A stretch of DNA of 64,000 nucleotides, taken from the NCBI RefSeq assembly GCF_963853765.1, contig NC_088854.1, positions 1,798,001 through 1,862,000 on the forward strand, in the 5' to 3' direction. This DNA is from Magallana gigas (lineage: Eukaryota). Below are positions 11,855 to 22,186 of the stretch, piece after piece. Made by a program: the position numbers and the translations under genes. Numbering within the stretch: the stretch's first letter is position 1; each line of letters opens with the position of its first letter. The notes below the pieces were generated by a model. It had not been told where the DNA came from. It did no database searches and saw only the letters and a list, made by a program, of their open reading frames with translations.

Positions 11855-12333
11855 AATTAAAAGTAATTGTGTAATTGAACAATCACATGTAAATGTAATT
11901 TCATTACTTTCAAAAAACCCATGTAATTCAAATTACTTTTCATTTACTTTCAATTACACACTGATGTAAATATAAATATGAATAAGAAAGCTGTCCACTA
12001 TTCATTGTCCCCCACACTTCCAATGGTACATAGGTATAAAACAAATATTAACTAGCATTTTTTTTACCTAATATACAGTCGTGTACATTTATTTATAATT
12101 TATTTTCAATGATTTACTATCTAATCATACGGTTCCCAAATTTGTGAATATCATATAAGTGTATAAACTATTATGTTATGCTTTTTAATTTGACCTAAAG
12201 CTTCAACTATGGCAAGTAATTGTAATTTAATTAATTACCTTTGAACGTAAGCGACCCCACCCCTGCCAAAAGTTTATCTGTATTGAGCACTTTATACATA
12301 GTGTCGATAAACCATCGATATCGTTTCACCATC

Positions 12334-12468
12334 NNNNNNNNNNNNNNNNNNNNNNNNNNNNNNNNNNNNNNNNNNNNNNNNNNNNNNNNNNNNNNNNNNN
12401 NNNNNNNNNNNNNNNNNNNNNNNNNNNNNNNNNNNNNNNNNNNNNNNNNNNNNNNNNNNNNNNNNNNN
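12334..12468. other. Assembly gap (135 N) inside an ATCGAT-rich repeat remnant
   Basis: Run of N; flanks carry repeated ATCGATATCG motifs. Confidence 0.99.
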
Positions 12469-13117
12469 TGATTAGACATCACACAATTGAGTTATCCATA
12501 TTGTACGTTGATATCGACGATATCGTATCGATATCGATTCGCATGTGTACAATGTAATCAAGAACTTACGAAATTTGTACCAGGCTTGTCTATAGTATTG
12601 TCGATATCGTGCTTATTTTGCAACTTAATAATGCCTGTCGATATCATCATTGTGTGTGTCATGTAAATTTTGAATTTACCGGATGGCAGTAAATACAAAA
12701 TTTACAAGTTGTCATGTTGTAAATTTTGTATTTACTTGCACTCGGTAAATTCAAAATTTACAACATGACATGTGTATGATTTCATCGATATCGAAATCGT
12801 AGTTGGCCTTTATTAATATAAAATATTTATATAATATTTGTATTGGATACCGTCGATATCGACAACAAAATTGGTCTTGGACGGATGGTCCTCCAACTCT
12901 TTGCATGTATATGTACAAGTTTGAATCATTTTTATCAGCCGAGGTCATGCCTGCGCTGGGCACCCCGACCGATGGCTTGGTTATCATATGTAACGTCCTA
13001 AACAAAATACTGTTTGTTGTGATTTCAGTCAAGATTCATTAAATACCATGGTATACCTTAATATACACCAAAGAAAAAACATGCAATACATTTCACAGTA
13101 ATATAAACGGTAAGAAT

Positions 13118-13630
13118 GTCAATTATTCTGTAACATTAGACAATGCAGCGGTTATTTATCCTCTAATAGACGGTATTGTAGCTGTTATTCATTCTGTAAC
13201 AGTAGACAATGTAGCGGTTATTTATCCTCTATTAGACGGTATTATAGTGCATGGTTATTCATTCTGTAACATTAGACAATGTAGCGGTTATTTATCCTCT
13301 AATAGACGGTATTGTAGCTGTTATTCATTATGTAACAGTAGACAATGTAGCGGTTATTTATCCTCTATTAGACGGTATTGTAGTGCATGGTTATTCATTC
13401 TGTAACATTAGACAATGTAGCGGTTATTTATCCTCTATTAGACGGTATTATAGTGCATGGTTATTCATTCTGTAACATTAGACAATGCAGCGGTTATTTA
13501 TCCTCTAATAGACGGTATTGTAGCTGTTATTCATTCTGTAACAGTAGACAATGTAGCGGTTATTTATCCTCTTGTAGACGGTATTGTAGCTGTTATTCAT
13601 TCTGTAACATTAGACAATATCGCGGTTATT
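13118..13630. repeat. 66/70-bp minisatellite, about 7-8 copies, with degenerate copies to about 13930
   Basis: GTTATTC anchors at 13184, 13254, 13320, 13390, 13460, 13526, 13592 (spacings 70 or 66). Confidence 0.92.
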
Positions 13631-13948
13631 CATCATACAGAAGAGGTGATGTACACGTTTTCATTTGGTAACACTAGGCAATGTTTTTTATTTTATAATA
13701 ACAAAAAGCATTGTACTGGTTATTCATTCTGGTTATTCAGAAAGCAATGTAATTCATTTTGTAACATTAGACAACGTGGTGGTGTTTATTCTATAACATC
13801 AGACACTGCAGTGGTTTTTCACTCTATAAGAATAGGCACTGTATTAGTGGTTATTCATTCTGCAAGAGTAGGCAATTTGACGGTTATTCATTCTGTCACA
13901 ATGGGCAATGTAGCAGTTATTTTGTCTGTGACATCAGTGGCTGTAATA

Positions 13949-16900
13949 TCAGGCAGTGAGGTGTAAATCCTGGTCCGGTGTGTGGTTTTTATTGAGGTCC
14001 TCCTGTGTTGGGTTTATACTGAGGTCCCCCTGTGTGTGGTGTTGATGGCTGCTGTGTGTGACATTGTGGAGATCTGAAGGAGACACCCTTCTTTTCTTCT
14101 CTCTGGAGTCGGGCCTTTTGGCGGCAGCAAATAGAAACCACCAACAACATCCCGTCACCACAAGCGCCGTGGCGACCCCAGCTATCGTCCCCAGTACTGC
14201 GGGCACTACCTTAAAGTCCTGGAAAACAAACCTTTTAAAATGAAGGCGATTCAACGACCGTCAATAACACATCACCGAAAGAACAGAAGTCTACTCACCG
14301 ACTTTTTGGAACCTATAAAAAAGGAAGAAAAAATATTCACATAAAACTGAACGTTTTAATATTTCATAAAAATACATTGCCATTAACTTGAAATTTTTAT
14401 AGTGTAAATATAAATCTCTATACGTAAACAATAATGTAATTGGATACTTGCCAACAGTTTGTATCTTCATTTCACAGTCGAGACCCGTAAAACCTGGAAT
14501 AAGTGTATCATAAAAACAATGCACATCACAATGATATTACATGTACTACCACTTCAAACCATTCTACCGGCTTAGAAATATCAGCAATATTAGTCTGATC
14601 AGGGGTCTTTGAAAGTGACAATGAAAAGGCCAAAAACAATTACATACCGTGCAATGAAAAATGTAAATCAGTTAATTTGTTTTTAATTCATTTTTTCTTG
14701 TTAAGGATTTTTAATTCATTTTTACTGTTCTTCCAGTACCTGAAGCGCATGCACAAATGTATAAGGTTCCGGTATCGACACAGGTTCCATTATTCTTACA
14801 TGGGAAGTCAGCACATGTCACTTCTGGAATCATCATAACAGCATATAATGTTAAATATTGTTTTAAAATTCGTACTGCTGAAATTATACTAAAACCGGAA
14901 AACGTTAATAAATAATTATACTGGTGTTGTACTTCTGGATTAATAATTGTAAATGTTCTGTTTTAATATCAACGATCCCATTTACATGTATTTTATACTT
15001 TAAATCAATTTGTAGTTTTACCTACTTCGTAGGTAGCTCTTTTGTTTATATTAAATATACTGAATGACTGCAACGACTATGGTAGTATAACCTACTGTGT
15101 GAGCAGTCCTTGGGTTTGAATCCATGGGGACACTTACAGGTCCACCTCCTGAAAAGATCCACACATTTCCCGCCATTTTGACACGTGTGCCCCCCACAGT
15201 CGTCCACATCTATAACAGGAAGGGACGGTAAAAGCACTTCTTGTTATATGCGACTGTCCAAACAAATCTTGTTGAGATGGTCAAAATAAATCTTCTTGTA
15301 CCAATTTCAATTATTGTTCTACACCCATCATACTGAGATTTTAAATATCAAATAAATACCAGTTTTATTGATGAATCAGTCAGAATCACTTTTTATGTTC
15401 ATAGATATACTACTTTTAATTACACAAATCTTGTACAGTATCGCTATTATATCATCCTAAACCCGTTTTACTGAAAATGATGAGAAGAGGTTATTAATTA
15501 ACTCAATTTTTCCTTTAGAGAACGTCTGTTAAAAGATTTTATTGAGTTTTTGTATACATACAAGGCTACGAAATTAAATGCGGCCATTCACAAAATCATT
15601 CATACTTGCCTAGCAATATTGCAGTGTAACAAAATCGGTCCGTTGTTACTCTACAAATAAAACGGGATCCAAGATGCGTTAATGTATAGTGTCCTTTCTG
15701 ATATATTTCATTTTGTCAAATAAAATATACAACATGACTAGTCATGTTGTATATTTTATTTGACAAAATGAAATATATCAGAAAGGACAATAGTAACAAA
15801 TATCCCTGTAGCTCACCAAATATTCAAGTACTAGGGTACTTAACCTTACATGAGCTTGCTGTCTTGCACGTTTAATCAATTATTTATAATACCTCTGTCA
15901 TCTAATCTTATTGAAAACTTTTTAACGAAATTAATGTTTATGAAATATAGAAAATAGAACATACTTGTATAAACATTTCGTTGTACAAATGAAGGCTATA
16001 TGGGTCATAACGTAATCCCATCCACATAATCGTTACCTACCCTTCAAAATTACGCCCCCATACACACAAAAGGGTGTCCGCGTATTGGCGCACATCATAT
16101 GAGCCCCAGACGTAGCGCGCTCGTCTGACGTCATCCCGGAAGTTACCTATCGTTCTATTCTCGTCATCCGGTAGGACGTTATAATTGACACCCTTAAAGA
16201 AACTGGTGATGAATGTTGTGTCACTGCAAAAATCAGATGGATTTAGAATTAGATTTGTAGCCTGTTTTCCGTATATATAGTTGTTCTGTTACTGTAATGT
16301 AAAGAGAGACAAGCGTGGTTCTTACTTGATGTTCGGCGACTGCATGTAGAACGCACCATTAAACTGCACGGATCCACCAGCATAGGATACCCGGAACAAG
16401 TTGGTGGGGTTGGGTACCACTCCGTCCACCCTCATTCCTAAGTCTCCGCAAGCCTGCTGTCTGACGATTGTCGTTATTGTAAACTGTGAAATATTCTGAA
16501 CAGAGTCAAAGACAAAGCTCCGATCATACCTTTGTAATCCATAGTGTACGACAAATTGCTAGGTTATATATCCGAACTGGATAGCAGATGGAGGTGGACA
16601 TTCACGTGTAAAAAGATTTACAAAAATGTAACTAGCAATTTTCACATGAAAATAAATCAAAATTCACGTCATTATTTGCGCGCATTTTTGCTTGAACTGT
16701 CGCACTTGGCATTCTGTGAACGTCTTAACAACGCGGTTGTGAACGTTCCTACATGACTGGGTATTTTGAACTGAACTGAACTTATTTAATTTACAATGAT
16801 TGATATACAAAGTTCTACTACTTATATTAATATCTCTCGTTGGCACGGATGTTAGCGCGAGGGGGTCATTGATGTGGGAAGAAACCGGAGTACCTGGAGA

Positions 16901-19778
16901 GAAGCGGGCGACCACCATGCCCTGTCACATACAACCCCTGTCGATCACGAGGATCGACCCGGGTCGCTGCGGTGATAAGCTAGGTATTTTGAACGCTCGG
17001 TACGTACCTGGCTGGGGATTTTGCTGATGGGTTTTCTGATGGACCGGACCTGGTCCCCCACGGATATTGTGTAATCCGGGTAATCCTCCACCATCACCGT
17101 GATGACGTACTTCCGGTTGGGTTCGTACCCATGCTGAGTTGTGGCGGGGATAGAGACAGAGCACGTCTCCTGAACAACGAGCACGGCTGTACATGTTATT
17201 TATGTTCAATATGATTTGGATATTTGTAATTTGACTCGTAAATAGTCAATAAAAACTATGTCATTGTCCTAATTATTAATAGCATGAGTTCCACTTCGAT
17301 GCAGTGTGCAGATTTTAATTTTAAAATTGTTAAGACAGGGAACACAAATTTAAAAATGAAGATTTGAAAACAACATACCCAGTTTAATGTGATGTTTGGG
17401 GCGTTTGTACAAGCGTTCCCGCACTCTTCAGGTGTGGCAAGGCGACATCTGACGGAGTCTGCATCCGGGTCCTCGGCGGGGATGTTGATCACAGTGGTAC
17501 AGCCAAATTGTACTCTGAGGGAGAATGGAGGGCAAGTTCCGTTTGTCATTTATATCTTCATATAGATCAACTGATTAACATGTTAGATTTACAAAGACTT
17601 GAGCACAGGCACCTGACGTTATAAATTCTCATAATAAAAGAAACATACCCACTAATATAAAGTACATAATAATACACTAGGTAGGGGGGCTTTTTTACCA
17701 TGAGAAATATATAAATAGCCAGGTACCTTTGGGCTTGAGCTTTTAAAAGCATAACCAGGTAGAACCATTTTAACAAGACCTTGGACTTTCAGTATAGGGC
17801 GCATCTTCCCAAGTCAAGGGTTTCTGATCCGCTAAGCTTTATGTAGAGCAGAGCGGATCAGAAACCCTTGACTTGGGAAGATGTATAGGGCGTAGTTATC
17901 TATTCCCTGCGTCAAAACAAGTTAAAAACAAGAAATCACATTGACGCAAGCGTCAAATGGGCCGCAAAAATATAATTGTTGTATGAATCATTGGTTGTTT
18001 AAAGAAAAACACACCAGAAAGAAGAAAATAAGAGTTGATTATACTAATTTTTTATGGTAAATTCTAATATACTTTCAGCAACTTGTTTTGAAGTTTAACA
18101 TTTTACTATTATCATAAAGAATCGATTTCGTTACTGTAAGCATTTCTAACGGCAAGTGTATGATCATTGCCATAGTATGAAGTAATGGAGAACACATTGA
18201 TTTGTACATTACTCTAATACAAAGTTCAGCTCATCATTTGAAATTTCTCTTGGAAATTATATATTTCAAACCATTTTGGTTTTTTTTGTTGCATTGTATT
18301 GAATGAAAACTTAATGCATTAGTTTAATATTTGATTTCAAGGGACCTCATAATAAAATGAAAATGGTTTAGTTCAAATTTTCCAGTCAATTCAAATTTTC
18401 ATTTCTGTCATATTCTTGCGTAAATAATTGATATACTGATATTTTCTACCACATTTTACATGGAAATATAATAAATACACACGCAAAGTCATTTTATTTG
18501 ACACGGCACATAGAAATTCAAATATATCATTTATATAAAATTGAATGACTTTCAGGTCTTTAGTATTTCAGGTCTTTAGTATGTACCGCATACCATTTTG
18601 AAAAGAATGAAGAACTCCGAAATTTTCCGAATAGATTATAGTCTCGATAAAAAGGTGCCAAATACGCCAATCTACTAAGTATGACCTACTTTTCATTTAC
18701 GACTAAAACAAAAAATATGTGATATTTTCCAAAAGGCATAAAACATATTTCTACATGCAAATTTACTTTTAATTCATAAAAATAAGCATAGTATTAATTC
18801 TACTAAAAAAGAACTATCCCGCAGAAACGCAGTAACAATATTTAAATGTGTATCAAATAACGGACCGCCTTCCGGCGGCCCGTAATGACGCGGTTTCAAG
18901 CGAAATATGCACCGATTGCGTAGTCTTAGCTTAAGGTGGCTCACTACACCGTGAAATGTTTTATCAAGTCAGTAAAAAATTACTTTATAATGATAGATAT
19001 CATAATGGATAAGAAGTATTTAAATCTAATAGGCCAAAAAAATGTGCAATTTTGGATGAAAAATTACATTTTCAAAAATTTAATTCAGTTAACATGAACA
19101 AAAGCTCCAGGCGGATTCGAACTCATGATCTGCGGTTCAGAAGCCCAATACTTTAGCCACTGATCTACGACGATATACAACCCCATCAAACGATATAAAC
19201 AGTTTAACAAAACATTTAAATCGCCATCTTAAGACGTAGTGTCTCAAAAAGTATAAGTGTGGATGTAGTGAGGAACCTTAAAAGCAAGACAAATCTTGTT
19301 GATTTCAAAAAGCCATGGCTGAGTGGCTAGCAATGAAACAGACAGGCCTACGTCACGTTGCTGTTTGACACAACTACCCAAAGTCCAAGCTCTTGTTAAA
19401 ATGGTTCTATTTACTGTGATTTTCAGATGTACAGTTCTGTAGTTCAGTGTTACGGAAACCCGGTCTAGGATACATTGAAGATGATTTTTAACAGTTTACC
19501 CTAATGTTGCCGGTACAGCAGATATGGGACTGGCATTCGGCACCCCAGTGTCGTTACGTATTCCAAAATCAAAAGCAGCTACCATCTTTCCCAGCCCTAA
19601 CGACGGGGCTAACACTTCATATCCCGATAATCTGAATTGGTAAATAATTCAATGCAAAAAAAAAAAAAAAAACGTCTTCAAAGGTAAACTACAAAAAAAA
19701 CTCAAGGTGAAAACAAGTAAGAGGGTAAATGTTCCTTTCATTTCATGTGAATTCGGACAGCTATTAGTATTCTTTATT

Positions 19779-19857
<79 letters not shown>

Positions 19858-22186
19858 TCAAGCAAATCTGTCAAAACAATATTATTTTATAAGATAGGAA
19901 ATTCAGTTGACCCACGTGACTTGGTAGGTATTATTAATTTCCATGCCGCTGTATAAGAAATATTGTTCGCCTTGTTCCCATCCTGACGTAACGTCATCGC
20001 TGACCGCAGTTAACGTGTAACTGACGTCATGTAAGTCTTGGTTGGCGGACTGACATCCGGTTGTGCAGCGCCACTTCAGGGAAGAGAGCGCTGGAGGTAG
20101 GGAGGAGAGGTAATTACCGACGTCCTGGGCTGAACATGGCTGTCCACAGGGCCCATACCCCCGCTCCCAGACCAGTCTGTAGGTCAGTCTCTGGAAAAAA
20201 TATAACACGGCCTGAACTGCCTGAGCTTGTTTACAGGGAGTTTGTGCTAAGGATTTGAATCACTTTTTTTTTAAATGTTGAAGGAAAAATCTAAATGGAG
20301 GAAAAACTCTTGATATACTAAAGTGTACCTCTGATGAAGAGCCTAATTTTTATTTTAATATGGGTTTATTTTGTACAAATATTAAATACTTTTGCAATTT
20401 AGTAATTTTTTTAATTTGGTCCAGATGCCTTCGATTTTGGAATATCAAATATGACACTATTAAATTAACATTTTGATTTCAACATTTTTCGCTTAAATTG
20501 AAAAATTTTAATTTTCAAGCATGCAGTTTTCTTCAAAAAAATATTGAGCACAGGCTTAACCAAACTTAATATTTTCATCAAACAAAGATGAATAAATTAA
20601 GGTCAAGATCAAGTAAATGAAAGGAGCCTACATGTTTCTGAAATTTGAGAAATGAATTCTTAAAACGGTGCTCCATAACAATGCAGTAAAACTCGGTTAT
20701 AGCGAATACCTAGGGACCAGTGGATTTACTTTGATATAAATGTAATTCGTTATATTTGTCTAAGGAAATCTTATTACATGTAATTGTTATGGAGAATTCG
20801 CAATATACATGTGATCTTCCATATGACTACCATTTGTGCTTATTGTGGCATGCAATAAAATATCTTCAGTAGAAACCTAAAATAACCAGGTGGTAAACTG
20901 AAGGATTTAAATGCAAATAAATTCATTCTAAAATTGTTCTAATTGGTAAAGGGAAAGGTTAGAAAACACTTCGATGTTAAAAAAAAATTCACTCGCTTGG
21001 GCCTATATGCGTAAATTCGTTATTTATATAACCGAGTTCGTTTTAACCGTAAAATTTTGCATGAATTTGGTAAGAATTTTGTCGGGGACTCCACAAAAAT
21101 TCGCGAATTCACTATGTACTAAACGAGTTTTAATATAGCGTGGTTTTATAACATGTATTAGAGCATAATTTTAAGATAAACACAATGAAAAGTCATTTTC
21201 ATTCAAATATGAAGGAATCCATCTACAAATCTTTGAGTTTTTACTGTTTTTAGCGAATGTAATATAATTACCCATAATGCCTACAATCTTTCTGAAAACG
21301 GCATTTAAAATGTTCTTGACCTTTTCTTCGGAATAATATTAAATTAAATAGGTATTGGGATTGCTTTAAATAGAATTTCCAAAGAAGTATTTTTTATTTT
21401 CTACACAATTCCCTTATAGTCATAAAATACGGGAAAAAAGAAACAAATCAATGATGACGTCATGATACATGTAGATAACACAGCAAAAAGATAAATAGTT
21501 TATTTACGTTTTAAAGTCGTTTTAAACTACTCTGAAAAACATGCAATCTAACGTGCCTGAAAATTTGTTCATAAAATGTTTTCCATATGGGATGCGAAAA
21601 AGCATTCTTTTACCAATTTATCCTCTGTAGTCATTTGTGTATTTTTGAAATAAGAGAGGGATTTGTATAAGCCTTTTGGCTTGTTTCCCAATCTTATTGT
21701 ATTTATGCCTAATATATGTACCTATTATTGTAAAATATCAATAAAATATTGTTTAAACTAAAAAAAAACTAAAAAATGAATATCATGATACCTGAAAAAT
21801 ACGTGTATCAAACTATCCATAATTTGTTACGTATTATAAGATTTCTAATGAATTCGCCTCAAATTTAATTTATAATGAATACTAGTATATTGATTTCTGG
21901 GGGTATTAAACGTCGCTGTTAGTGAGTTTTGCTGTAGCAAAAATTTGAATATGTTAGATTTCGTTGGTTTTTTTTTTAATATTCCAAAATTTAGACGATA
22001 AAGAGTTTACATAAAATATCCATCTTCTAAAAAAGAAGCACTTCGTTACCAGGGGGTACTTGTCTATATACTTACGGCAATCCTGTTATAGAAATAGCCA
22101 CTGATTGTTCCAGCGATCAGGTGCCCGTTGGTGCTGGAAATGATGAGACAGAGTAACAACTCGGCAATCAACAGGAATGTCCTCAT
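13949..22186 (-). CDS. Type I membrane protein: signal peptide, 'integrin beta-like/Sib-like' cysteine ectodomain, 2 EGF repeats, TM, short tail (~573 aa)
   Basis: 13 coding exons: 22186-22076, 20190-19916, 19631-19500, 17514-17379, 17169-17008, 16483-16326, 16223-16041, 15650-15610, 15209-15096, 14823-14740, 14493-14452, 14312-14299, 14218-13949; total 1722 nt with continuous frame. Motifs HLIAGTIS, RNDTGVPNASP, DPDADSVRCRLATPEECGNAC, DVDDC...CQNGGKC. TM VVPAVLGTIAGVATALVVTGCCWWFLF. Needs GC donors at 15609 and 14451. Confidence 0.85.
15690..15789. repeat. Perfect 100-bp palindrome (50+50 nt, no loop)
   Basis: Arms are exact reverse complements centred on GACT|AGTC at 15739/15740. Confidence 0.95.
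16772..16982 (-). mobile_element. 5'-truncated tRNA-derived SINE with V-domain-like core, (GTTCA)n tail and 12-bp TSD
   Basis: Minus strand shows B-box-like GGGTCGATCC and core TTCTCTCCAGGTACTCCGGTTTCTTCCCAC; TSD GGTATTTTGAAC at 16760-16771 and 16983-16994. Confidence 0.8.
17802..17883. mobile_element. 82-bp minimal MITE: 32-bp perfect TIRs, 18-nt spacer, 9-bp TSD TATAGGGCG
   Basis: TSD at 17793-17801 and 17884-17892; arms 17802-17833 and 17852-17883. Confidence 0.93.
17924..18886 (+). mobile_element. Possible Helentron-type non-autonomous element (HINE-like)
   Basis: Starts AAAACAAG with subterminal ATGGGCCGC; ends with GC hairpin CGGACCGCCTTCCGGCGGCCCG that contains the inverted copy. Confidence 0.4.
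18935..19277. mobile_element. 343-bp MITE with TTAA TSD and GGT(GG/TC)CTCACTACA TIRs (Kolobok-like), carrying a tRNA-like segment
   Basis: TTAA at 18931-18934 and 19278-19281; imperfect TIRs; A/B-box-like sequence on - strand at about 19103-19172. Confidence 0.8.
19782..19851. repeat. (GA)n microsatellite
   Basis: Pure GA run; explains the RE/SL repeat ORFs. Confidence 0.98.
20684..21135. mobile_element. Degenerate Tc1/pogo-like MITE (TIR CAGTAAAACTCG)
   Basis: CAGTAAAACTCGGTTATAGCGAA at 20684; imperfect inverted copy CGAGTTTTAATA near 21124. Confidence 0.5.

Noticed and set aside
12231-12482. ORFs spanning the N run
   Set aside because: Artefacts of the assembly gap.
13251-13966. VIHSVTLDNVAVIYP repeat ORFs
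   Set aside because: Translation of the 66/70-bp array; 70-bp units break the frame.
19103-19172. Functional tRNA gene
   Set aside because: Acceptor and anticodon stems pair poorly, and it lies inside a TIR element; treated as tRNA-derived.
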